Source of the DNA: Acidobacteriota bacterium
GTDB lineage: Bacteria > Acidobacteriota > Terriglobia > Terriglobales > SCQP01
Direction of reading: 5' to 3'
DNA: 64,000 nucleotides
Assembly: GCA_027314025.1 (NCBI GenBank)
Contig: DAHVCP010000026.1
Span: forward strand, 129,237-193,236
The notes under the pieces: model-generated
Seen by the model: the letters and a program-made list of their open reading frames with translations, nothing else
The model's database searches: none
Told to the model about the DNA's origin: nothing
In this document: positions 26,427 to 34,828 of the stretch, piece by piece
Layout: the number at the start of each line of letters is the position of its first letter
Numbering within the stretch: the first letter of the stretch is position 1
Translations under genes and position numbers: made by a program

Positions 26427-27707
26427 TTAGGGTTTGGCCGAACCGTCGAGCAGGGCGAGATACAAGGCGGCGAGGGCGGAGAGCATGGTCGCCTGGCCCC
26501 AATGGAGCGTGGGGGTGCGGTTGACGATGCGTCGGGAATAGCGGCGGTAATAGAAATAGCCGGAGCGGTCCTGCATGTTGGCGATGGTCCAGCGGGCGAC
26601 GCGGAGGGCGAGATCCAGGGCCTGCGGGTCACGGTCGGAGAAATACACCAGCGTGTCTATGGCCTGCGAGGCGCATTGGATGTCGAGGGGCAGCGTCTTG
26701 TTGTGGTAATAACGCGGCGTTCCGTCGGGCAGGAAAAATGTTGCCTTCCAATATGCGTAGCCGCGCTCGAGCTGGGGAGCGAAGGATGGGTCGCCGGTGG
26801 CGTCGGCGTAATGGCGCAGGGAATCCAGGACGTAGGCGGTGTGGAAGCTGTCAATCCAGTGGACGATTTCCGCTTCGCCGTAGTACCAGGCGCCGTCGGG
26901 AAGCTGGCGCTCGGCGGAGTACATGGCGGCGCGGCGGGCCAGATCGCGCAGCGCTTCCTCGCCGGTTTCGCGATAGGTTTCGGCGAGCAGGGCGGCGCCG
27001 AGGACGTTGGCGTTATGCACCTGGCATTCCGTGCCGACGATGTAGTTGATGCAGACCGCCTCGCCATGGGGATGGCGGGCGAGGTCGAGCTGGATGTGGC
27101 GGCAGGCGCTGACGGCGGCGTCGAGGTAACGGCGGTCGCCCAACTGGCGGTAGCCATCGAGGAAGGACAGGCCGATGAGCGAGGTCCAGACGATGGTGGG
27201 CGCGCCCTTGGGGAGATAGAAGCCGCGCGACTGATAGTCGAAGTGGTTGCCCCAGCAGACGCCGGAGTAGCCGGGGGAGGGATGGTCGAGGAGCCAGTCC
27301 AGGGCGGCGCGGGCTTCGGATTCCCAAGCTTCCCGTTCCGCGGCCTCGTGGGCGGCGGCGGCGAGGCGGAGATAGCCGCGCGCGATGAAGGCCTGGCCCT
27401 TGGTGGAACGGCTTTTGGGGATGCCGAGGAGAGGGCGAATGTTGAGGGGGAAGCGGCGGACGGCCTGCTGCAAGATCTGGCGGGGCAGCTTGCGCTCGAA
27501 GGTCAGCGGCCGCAGGTACCAGGCGCTGAGGCCGTCAAAGGTATCGTAGGCGGCGTAGTCGTGGGCGCGGAGCCAGGCGATGAGGCGGTCCAGGGACGCC
27601 CGGATTTCGGGCGCGGCGGACGTTCCGGCGGATTGGGGGCCGGGGGCTGCGGCGTGGGCCGGCGCCGCCGGCGCGGGCCGCGCGGTGGTATCCGTATTTT
27701 GCGTCAT
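26427..27707 (-). CDS. Probable (alpha/alpha)6-barrel protein of unknown function (glycoside-hydrolase or epimerase-like)
   Basis: A soluble protein of about 425 aa, rich in W/Y/H repeats (CWGNHFDYQSRGFY, DGAWYYGE, HWIDSFHTAYV, SGYFYYRRY), which is typical of six-hairpin folds. The family was not recognised. The start is ATG 27707, with TTG 27806 as an alternative. Confidence 0.35.
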   Translation of the reverse strand: MTQNTDTTARPAPAAPAHAAAPGPQSAGTSAAPEIRASLDRLIAWLRAHDYAAYDTFDGLSAWYLRPLTFERKLPRQILQQAVRRFPLNIRPLLGIPKSRSTKGQAFIARGYLRLAAAAHEAAEREAWESEARAALDWLLDHPSPGYSGVCWGNHFDYQSRGFYLPKGAPTIVWTSLIGLSFLDGYRQLGDRRYLDAAVSACRHIQLDLARHPHGEAVCINYIVGTECQVHNANVLGAALLAETYRETGEEALRDLARRAAMYSAERQLPDGAWYYGEAEIVHWIDSFHTAYVLDSLRHYADATGDPSFAPQLERGYAYWKATFFLPDGTPRYYHNKTLPLDIQCASQAIDTLVYFSDRDPQALDLALRVARWTIANMQDRSGYFYYRRYSRRIVNRTPTLHWGQATMLSALAALYLALLDGSAKP

Positions 27708-27802
27708 ATGAGAATTTTGCCCTCCGGGCTCCGCAGTCCCACAATGATGGGAACTCTCTCCGCCTGGGAGCGCCGGCGTCCCGCCGGCCTGCTCCGCCTC
27801 TC

Positions 27803-28768
27803 TCAACTCCGCCCGTCCTCCTCCGTCCCGGCCGCCAATCCTAGCTTGGCACGCAGGCGGGCCATGTCCTCCCGGCGGCGAAAGGCGACAAGCTCCCGCG
27901 AGATAGGCCGCGGGGCGCGGCTGAGGGCGCCGCCCAGATATCCGGCACCGATGGCCAGCCCGCCGAGGCCGAACGGCGGCTTGGTCATCTGGTAGGCGAC
28001 ACGAAACGCCTCCCAGAGGGGATGACAGCCGAGGGCATGGTCTTTCTTGCCCATGCGGTAGCGCGCCTGGAGGCGGCGGCTTTCCGCCGTGCCCATGCGG
28101 CGGTGATGAATGACGCGAACGTCCTCGAAGGTGCGGGTTTTCCAGCCGGCGGCACGGGCCTTGAGCACGGCGACGTAGTCAATGCCGCCGCCGGCGATGG
28201 GCTCGTATCCGCCGATTTGCTCGAAGCAGTCGCGGCGGAAGAGCTGGCAGCCGCCCCAGACTCCGGCGGCGCTGGTATAGCGGTAATCGTAGAGCTGGCG
28301 GCCGCCCTCGCTGAAGGCCGGGCCGGCGACACCAAGGGCGGGGTCGGCGGCAAAACGGGCCAGCAGCGCGGCCAGGTCGCCGGGGGCGAGGGAGACGTCG
28401 GCGTCCAGGTTGCCGATGACGTCGTACTCCAAGCCCCGCACGCGCTCCATGCCGGCGTCGAAGGCCCGCACCTTGGCGGCGAAGTCGCGGCCCTGGCGGG
28501 ACGGCATTTGCGCCACCTCGATCCACGGATAGCGGGCGGCGTAACGGGAGGCAAGTTCGGCGGTGCCGTCGGTCGAGGCGTCGTCCACGACGATCCATTT
28601 CAAGGGCGGGACGGCCTGGCGGGACATGGACTCCAGGGTCTTTTCGATCTGCGCCGCCTCATTGCGGGCGGGGGTCACGAGGACGTACTGGGGCATTTTG
28701 GTCTGAGAGGGAACTTTTGGGGCAACCCCGCTGGGGTCGGGTGACATCTTAGTGCTCGTGATTGCCAT
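27803..28768 (-). CDS. GT2 glycosyltransferase
   Basis: Motifs are VLVTPARNE, WIVVDDASTDGT and IGNLDADV. Several in-frame ATGs exist (28768, 28747, 28696). Confidence 0.8.
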   Translation of the reverse strand: MAITSTKMSPDPSGVAPKVPSQTKMPQYVLVTPARNEAAQIEKTLESMSRQAVPPLKWIVVDDASTDGTAELASRYAARYPWIEVAQMPSRQGRDFAAKVRAFDAGMERVRGLEYDVIGNLDADVSLAPGDLAALLARFAADPALGVAGPAFSEGGRQLYDYRYTSAAGVWGGCQLFRRDCFEQIGGYEPIAGGGIDYVAVLKARAAGWKTRTFEDVRVIHHRRMGTAESRRLQARYRMGKKDHALGCHPLWEAFRVAYQMTKPPFGLGGLAIGAGYLGGALSRAPRPISRELVAFRRREDMARLRAKLGLAAGTEEDGRS

Positions 28769-28823
28769 TGTCGTCAGTGGCGGGTCAGGCGCGGGCTGAT
28801 CGGGTCCGACTCTCCGGATTCAC

Positions 28824-28838
28824 GCAATTTTTGTGCCA
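28824..28838 (-). promoter_or_regulatory. Sigma-54 (-24/-12) promoter, consensus match, driving the GT2 operon
   Basis: The minus strand reads TGGCAC-AAAAA-TTGCG, a perfect TGGCAC-N5-TTGC. It lies 56 nt upstream of the ATG at 28768. Confidence 0.7.
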
Positions 28839-29071
28839 AATTGGGACGGGGTTGGCGCCGGTCTGGCGCGGGCCCCGGCGCAGTTGCGCCACGCGCTCCT
28901 CCCTGTGGGCAGGCTTTCCGCAGCCTGGGGCCGCATCTGGGCTGCGGATTGGAACGAGAGTTGGGGACGGGTTGGTGTGCGGATGCTGACGGTCGAACTT
29001 GGGTTAGAGCCCCCACATTTTCAGCGGTTTGGCTGTCCCGGCGGGCAAAGGCCTGGCCAATTGGGCAGAAA

Positions 29072-29092
29072 CATGCCAGCCCGGGCGGCATG
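29072..29092. promoter_or_regulatory. Near-perfect 21-nt palindrome CATGCC-A-GCCCGGGC-G-GCATG about 90-110 nt upstream of the 29181 promoter; possible UAS
   Basis: Seen directly in the sequence. A T8 tract (29121-29128) lies between it and the promoter. Confidence 0.25.
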
Positions 29093-29180
29093 ACTCCGAG
29101 AAGACCATCGCACCAGGCGATTTTTTTTGCTGCGTAGTGCAATCCTCTGGCTGTAGGGGGGACTCATGTTGGTAAAGTAT

Positions 29181-29195
29181 TGGCAATCAGTTTGC
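29181..29195 (+). promoter_or_regulatory. Sigma-54 (-24/-12) promoter driving the secreted beta-helix protein gene
   Basis: TGGCAA-TCAGT-TTGCG on the plus strand, about 115 nt upstream of the ATG at 29310. It is divergent from the 28824-28838 promoter. Confidence 0.65.
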
Positions 29196-29309
29196 GCCCA
29201 GGCCCTGGACAGCAATGGGGCCGCGCTCGCGCCGCTTGCAAGAAATGCGCACCGGCAGGGGGAGTTGGGGGCCGGAGTGCGCCGCGGTTGGAGAGGGGAG
29301 AAGAAACTG

Positions 29310-31235
29310 ATGAAACAGCGTGCCGTTCCGCCACTGATCTTTTGCCTTGCCGCCGTGCTTGCGCTGGCCGCCAGCGCCCCCGTGCGGGCCCATGCCCAGA
29401 CCACGCCCCCTTGGACCGGCATTCTCGCGCCCAGCCGGGCGATTGACTGGTCGCAGGCGGGGGTGCCGGGCGGCATTCCGGCGCGGACCACCGTTTGCGC
29501 TTCGATCGCGCCGGAGGGCTCCTCCACGGCGCCGGTGGCGCCGGCGGACGTCAACGCCGCGATCGCGAGCTGCCCCGCGGGCGAAGTCGTGTATCTCCAG
29601 CCGGGGAATTTCTACTTTTCCAGCGGCATTGATTTCGCCAACCACAGCGACGTGACGCTGCGTGGGGCGGGCGCGGATCAGACGTTTCTTTACTTTTACG
29701 GTGATGCGTCCTGCGACGGCATGCAGGCGGACGTCTGCATCGAGAACGGGACGAACACCTGGGGCGGCAACAACGCGACCATCGCGAACTGGACGGCGGG
29801 CTATGCTCCGGGGACGACGCAGATCACGCTGGACAACACATCCGGCATCGTGCCTGGCAAAACGCTGCTAATCCTGGATCAGTTGAACGACTCGAACACC
29901 GACAACGGCGGCCTTTGGATCAACGATACCAACGGCGTCGCCGAGGACGACAACCCGAGCAACGGATATCGCCCCGGCCGGGCGCAGGGACAGGTCGTGC
30001 TGGCCACCGCCGTCAGCGGGAGCACGGTGACGATCTCGCCGGGGATTTACATGCCGAACTGGAGATCCTCGCAATCCCCACAGGCCTGGTGGTCCACGCC
30101 AGCGGTCACCGGGGACGGGGTCGAGGACCTGTCCATGGACAACAGCCACAGCAATGGGAATGCGATTGTCGTCGACAGCGGCTACAGCGATTGGGTCAGC
30201 GGGGTCCGGAGCTATCAGGAGGGCGGCATCCAGCACGTCCTGCTTTACCAATCTGCCCACTGCACCATCCAGAGCTCCTACTTTTATGGGACACCGAACG
30301 CGATCACGGAGAGCTACGGGTATGACGAGGTGATAAGCTCCGATGACCTCATTGCGAACAACATTTTCCAGCACATTGCCAGCCCCATTGTCGTCGACGG
30401 CTCCAGCAGCGGTACTGTCGCCGCCTACAATTACGCCCTAGACGATTATTTCGGCGGGGCCTCCTCGAATTGGATGGCGATAGCGTTCGAGCCCCACTCG
30501 GCGGGGATCGATTTCGAGCTGTTCGAGGGCAACGTCGGGGACGGCTTTGGCGCCGACGACATTCACGGGACGGGTAATCTCTGGACGCTCTTCCGGAACC
30601 GCCTTTATGGCTTTGATCCGCCCGACCCGGGCCGTACCAACGACACCATCGCGGTAACGGTGGACAGCTTTCACCGCTTCATGAACGTGGTCGGAAACGT
30701 CCTTGGCGATTCAGGGGTGACGACGACTTACCAGATCGTGGCGCCCGCCGGTGGTAACCAGGACATGATGGACGAGGCCTACAACCTGGGCTGGAGCAAT
30801 TGGGCGGGTTGGCCCACGCAGGATTCGGTGACCGCCTCGACGCTGTTCCGATGGGGCAACTACGACGTGGTGAACAACGCAGCGGAATGGAATCCGCTGG
30901 AGGTTCCCAGCAGCCTTGCCCAGTTGGCGAACCCGGTCCCGACGACGGAGGCTTTGCCCGCATCCTTCTTTCTTGCTTCGAAGCCGGCTTGGTGGATAAC
31001 GCCTTGGGGCACGCCGCCGTGGCCGGCGATTGGGCCCGACGTGACCGGCGGGACGGACGCCTCTGCGAATGGCCATGCGAACGCGATCCCAGCGCAGCTT
31101 TGCTACGAAAACAGCCCGGATGACCAGAACTATCCGCAGGACCAGTCAGGTCTGTACGTGAAGGTATTCAATGCCGGCGGCTGCTATGGCAAGCCGCCAG
31201 CGGCGCCGACGGGCCTAACGGCGACAGTGCAATAA
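29310..31235 (+). CDS. Secreted protein, probably a right-handed beta-helix polysaccharide lyase/hydrolase-like enzyme
   Basis: The start was reset to MKQRAVPPLIFCLAAVLALAASAPVRAHA (signal peptide; RBS GGAGAGGGGAG upstream). The body has repetitive N/G/D/T-rich beta-strand-like segments. The fold call is tentative. Confidence 0.4.
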   Translation: MKQRAVPPLIFCLAAVLALAASAPVRAHAQTTPPWTGILAPSRAIDWSQAGVPGGIPARTTVCASIAPEGSSTAPVAPADVNAAIASCPAGEVVYLQPGNFYFSSGIDFANHSDVTLRGAGADQTFLYFYGDASCDGMQADVCIENGTNTWGGNNATIANWTAGYAPGTTQITLDNTSGIVPGKTLLILDQLNDSNTDNGGLWINDTNGVAEDDNPSNGYRPGRAQGQVVLATAVSGSTVTISPGIYMPNWRSSQSPQAWWSTPAVTGDGVEDLSMDNSHSNGNAIVVDSGYSDWVSGVRSYQEGGIQHVLLYQSAHCTIQSSYFYGTPNAITESYGYDEVISSDDLIANNIFQHIASPIVVDGSSSGTVAAYNYALDDYFGGASSNWMAIAFEPHSAGIDFELFEGNVGDGFGADDIHGTGNLWTLFRNRLYGFDPPDPGRTNDTIAVTVDSFHRFMNVVGNVLGDSGVTTTYQIVAPAGGNQDMMDEAYNLGWSNWAGWPTQDSVTASTLFRWGNYDVVNNAAEWNPLEVPSSLAQLANPVPTTEALPASFFLASKPAWWITPWGTPPWPAIGPDVTGGTDASANGHANAIPAQLCYENSPDDQNYPQDQSGLYVKVFNAGGCYGKPPAAPTGLTATVQ

Positions 31236-32615
31236 GGCTGCTGGGCGGCGGGCGGCTGCAGCCCTTTCGGCGGCGGCGTCCGTCGCTGTTTGCGTCGCTC
31301 CGGTGTCGGTCGGGCGCCGGGCGGGCCGCCACGGTTTGGGAGGCGGAAAGCTGGGCTTCGGCCCGTGGCCGGTGGCCCAGTCCAAGATTGCGCTCGTTTG
31401 CCGCGCTTTTGCCTCCCAGGTCAGTCGCTCGAGGGCGTAGGCGATGCCGCCATCCCGCAGGCGCTGAAGCAGATCCCTGTCGCCGGCCAAGCGCTGCAGG
31501 ATCGCGCCCATTTGCGCCGCCACATCGTGCGGGTTCGTAAGGGGCACCTTGAATCCGGTGCCCTCCCGGACGATGTCGGCGGGGCCCCCGAAATCGGCGA
31601 CGATTGGCACGGCGCCTGACGCCAGCGCCTCGAAGACAGCGCCGCCGCCGAAGTCGCGAATGGAAGGAAAAAGCAAGACGTCGGCGCGGCGCAGCCGCGC
31701 CAGGACCTGCGCGTGGGGAACCCAGCCCGCGAACTCCACGCGCTCCGCGATTCCTAGCGATCGGGAGAGGCCCTCCAGCCGGCTTCTCTCCGGTCCGTCG
31801 CCGAGAATTGCGAGGCGCGCCCTCCCCTGCCGGGCGAGGGGCGCGACGGCGCGCAGGGCGATATCGCCGCCCTTAATTGGAACGAGCCCCGCGACAAATA
31901 TCGCATTGATCTCCCCGTTCGCCGCGCCCGTTTCGAGCGGGCGGTGACATGCCGCGGCTTCGACGCCGTTCTCCGGGACGAAGAATAGCTTCTCTGAGTA
32001 TCTTTCGAACTCGCTGCAGGTCCGGGAGGAGCCAGCTAGGATCGCCTTTGCGTGCTTGTAGGTCGAATGCGCAAATGGGGCGATCCGGCGCAGATTCCTG
32101 AGCCGTGAGATGCGCTCCCTCTGGGCCGCCGCTTGGGGGAACCCGGCGGGCCAGGGCAGGCCGCCGTTGACCGGCCCGATTAGGAACGGGATCGGCCCGT
32201 TCCGGAGGAGCCACGCGAACGGGCTCGGCACGGCAGCCGAGACCGGGGCCACGCGGAGCACGGCGTCGAACTCGCCTCCGCGGATTCGCGCGCGGTAGGT
32301 TCCCCATGCGTGGAATTCGAATGCGATGGCGCGGGGATAGCCGAGCAGGGTCCTCCACTGGCTGCTGTAATTGTTCTTGAGGACGCGCTGGAACCACCAG
32401 CGATAGGGGCGATCGAGCCAGGGCGTCCGGATCCCCCTCACTTCCGCAAACGGGGCGCCGGCGTTCCTTACGGACGGTTCGGCATCGCTCCGGACCGCGA
32501 TGGTCACGTCGTGGTGCCTTGCCAACGCTGCGGCGTGGGAGAAGCTAACCAGGGCGGTGCTGATTCCGCCCGGATTGCAGTCGGGGCCGAGCACTAGGAG
32601 CTTGAGGCGCCTCAC
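31215..32615 (-). CDS. GT4 (group 1) glycosyltransferase
   Basis: The GTG start at 32615 overlaps the upstream stop (GTGA). The GT-B C-terminal signature is LAILGDGPERSRLE...LLFPSIRDFGGGAVFEALASGAVPIV. Confidence 0.75.
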   Translation of the reverse strand: MRRLKLLVLGPDCNPGGISTALVSFSHAAALARHHDVTIAVRSDAEPSVRNAGAPFAEVRGIRTPWLDRPYRWWFQRVLKNNYSSQWRTLLGYPRAIAFEFHAWGTYRARIRGGEFDAVLRVAPVSAAVPSPFAWLLRNGPIPFLIGPVNGGLPWPAGFPQAAAQRERISRLRNLRRIAPFAHSTYKHAKAILAGSSRTCSEFERYSEKLFFVPENGVEAAACHRPLETGAANGEINAIFVAGLVPIKGGDIALRAVAPLARQGRARLAILGDGPERSRLEGLSRSLGIAERVEFAGWVPHAQVLARLRRADVLLFPSIRDFGGGAVFEALASGAVPIVADFGGPADIVREGTGFKVPLTNPHDVAAQMGAILQRLAGDRDLLQRLRDGGIAYALERLTWEAKARQTSAILDWATGHGPKPSFPPPKPWRPARRPTDTGATQTATDAAAERAAAARRPAALLHCRR

Positions 32616-33913
32616 GCTACACCCCTCCCCGCTCCGCGGCGTGGTGGGGTGGCTGGTGCGATTTGGGGAAGGTCCGCGGTGAGCTCGGCGTAGCCGGCTG
32701 AGGCGGCGGCAGCTGCCGCGCCCCATCCGTACCGGCGCCCTGCCCAGTCCTCGATTGCCCGGCGGCGTTGCTGGCAATTCCCAGCGGCGCCGCCGGCGAA
32801 GCAGCGCTCGATGTCGGCGGCCAGGGCATTTGGATCGCGGGGCGGGCAGACGAAGCCGGTTTCGCCCGCGAGGATTTCCTCGCGCAATGCGCCGACGTCC
32901 GTTACGACCGCCGGGAGGCCGAAGGTGTAGCCGAGGATGAGGACGCCGCTCCAGGAGATGTCGTTGTAGGGGAGGACCATCAAATCGGCGGCCTTGCAGT
33001 AGATTTCGGTTTCTTCATCGGGAATGAACTTGAAGCGGGAAATGATGCGGCTCGCGAAGCCCGATTCTTGGATTGCAGTCTTGATGTCCGCGAGGTATTG
33101 CTCGTCGCCAAAGTGGGGTGAACCGGCGATGAGGAGGCGATAACGCGGGTCGCTGGGGGCCAGGAGGGCGAAGGCGCGGATCAGGTTTTCCAGGCCCTTG
33201 TAGGGGCGGATGTTGCCGAAAAAAAGAAGGGCGCGGTCGCCCGGGGCGAGGCCGAGGCGGGCGCGCGCGTCCTCGCGGGTCAGATCGGTATTGGGGACGT
33301 CGTTGTTGATGCCGAAGGGAATGACGGCGACTTTGGCTGGCCGGGTGCCGAACTGGCGGCAGAGCCTTTCCTTCATGCCGTCGTTATGAACGAAGACGCG
33401 GTCGGCGAGGCGGTATTGGATTCCGAGCGTAAGGCGGTTCCAGGCGGAGTCGTGGCCGTCGCGGGCGGCTTGGTTGATGTTGTGGGCGGTGACGACCAGC
33501 TTTTTCCCCAGCGTCTTGTAATAAAGCATCAGCAGCGTGCGGTCGAAGGCTTGGAACTTGTTGTTCCAGAGGACGTGGAAGATTTTCGGCCGCGCGGCCG
33601 CCGCGTAGCGCAGAAGGCGGAGGTAATAGAGGAGGACGCGACGGATTTTTGTGGCGGCGCTGGCGCGGGCGGCTTGGTCGCCGCGGAAATTCAGGAACCG
33701 GATGCGGGGATTGGCGTGGTATTCGGGGCAATCGAGGCGGTCGCCGCCGACGATCTCCACGAAAATACCCGCCGCGGCTAGCGCCGTCGCCAGGCCGAAG
33801 GTGTAGGGCTTGTCGAAGCCGCCGGTCAGGAGCGTGACGGAGGGAGCCGCCAGCGTCTGGTCGGTGGCTCGCGCGGGGGCCGGGGCGGCGGTCTGGGGCG
33901 CGGCGGGGGTCAT
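32612..33913 (-). CDS. GT4 (group 1) glycosyltransferase
   Basis: LLIAGSPHFGDEQY...MVLPYNDISWSGVLILGYTFGLPAVV. Its ATG overlaps the methyltransferase stop (ATGA at 33910-33913). Confidence 0.75.
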   Translation of the reverse strand: MTPAAPQTAAPAPARATDQTLAAPSVTLLTGGFDKPYTFGLATALAAAGIFVEIVGGDRLDCPEYHANPRIRFLNFRGDQAARASAATKIRRVLLYYLRLLRYAAAARPKIFHVLWNNKFQAFDRTLLMLYYKTLGKKLVVTAHNINQAARDGHDSAWNRLTLGIQYRLADRVFVHNDGMKERLCRQFGTRPAKVAVIPFGINNDVPNTDLTREDARARLGLAPGDRALLFFGNIRPYKGLENLIRAFALLAPSDPRYRLLIAGSPHFGDEQYLADIKTAIQESGFASRIISRFKFIPDEETEIYCKAADLMVLPYNDISWSGVLILGYTFGLPAVVTDVGALREEILAGETGFVCPPRDPNALAADIERCFAGGAAGNCQQRRRAIEDWAGRRYGWGAAAAAASAGYAELTADLPQIAPATPPRRGAGRGVA

Positions 33914-34674
33914 GCGTGGCAGACGGGGACGTAATCGCTGTGGCGCTCGCCGGACATTGGCGTGCGCAGGGGGCAGTCCGGGGTGGGCCAGCGGGTGCGG
34001 TCCTCGTAAACGAATGGCTGGTGGATGGCGGGGAAGTCGGCCGAACCGAAGACGTCCACGCGGCTGAAGACGGCGCGGTATTTCTCGAAGTAATCCACGC
34101 CAGGGGCGCGGACATGGCCGGATTCCCGGGGATTCGGCGCGGGATATTCCACGGTTTTCGCGCAGACGACCGGCACGGGCAGGACCGCCATGCCGCCGGG
34201 CCTGAGCACGCGGCGGATCTCAGCGATGGCCCTGCGATCGTCCGGGACGTGTTCCAGGACGTGCGAGGCGAAGACGAAATCGTAGGTTGCGTCGGGAAAC
34301 GGCAGGTTTTGGATGTCGGCGCGGTGGTCCACGTCCTTCATCCCGATGTCGGCGGTCTCATAGCGGCCGAAGCGGGCCGAGAGCCTGCGGCGAAAGAATT
34401 TCTCCGGGGCGAAATGAAGCATGCGCATGCTCTTGGTGTCGCGGCCGTCAAGGGAGCGGGCCAGGGCGAGATGCTGCAACCGATGCCGTTCCAGCGCGCC
34501 ACAGCGGGGGCATTGCGCGTGCCAGCGGCGGCCGGCGAAATGTTCGAAATCGGCGAACGGTCCGCGATAGGCGCAGATCGGGCATTGGAAGCGCGGTTTC
34601 CGCGGGTGGAGCAGGCGGAACACCGGCGCCGGGGGCTTCGCCCGTTCTTTTATTATCCTAAGCGCTCGTGGCAT
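33910..34674 (-). CDS. Class I SAM-dependent methyltransferase
   Basis: FDFVFASHVLEHVPDDRRAIAEIRRVLRPGGMAVLPVP. An N-terminal Cys pair region (CPICAY...CPRCG) is zinc-ribbon-like. Confidence 0.7.
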   Translation of the reverse strand: MPRALRIIKERAKPPAPVFRLLHPRKPRFQCPICAYRGPFADFEHFAGRRWHAQCPRCGALERHRLQHLALARSLDGRDTKSMRMLHFAPEKFFRRRLSARFGRYETADIGMKDVDHRADIQNLPFPDATYDFVFASHVLEHVPDDRRAIAEIRRVLRPGGMAVLPVPVVCAKTVEYPAPNPRESGHVRAPGVDYFEKYRAVFSRVDVFGSADFPAIHQPFVYEDRTRWPTPDCPLRTPMSGERHSDYVPVCHA

Positions 34675-34828
34675 TGCGGCGATCTCCTTGTCGTGGTTCG
34701 GCGGCTCGCGTGGCGTGGGCGGCTGGCGCGTGCGCCGCGGGCTTCGGCACTGGGCCCGGGCGGGTCGCCGGTGTTAGCGCCGGGGGCGATGGCGGCGCGG
34801 CTCGCAGGGGCGAGGTGGTATGCATTGG

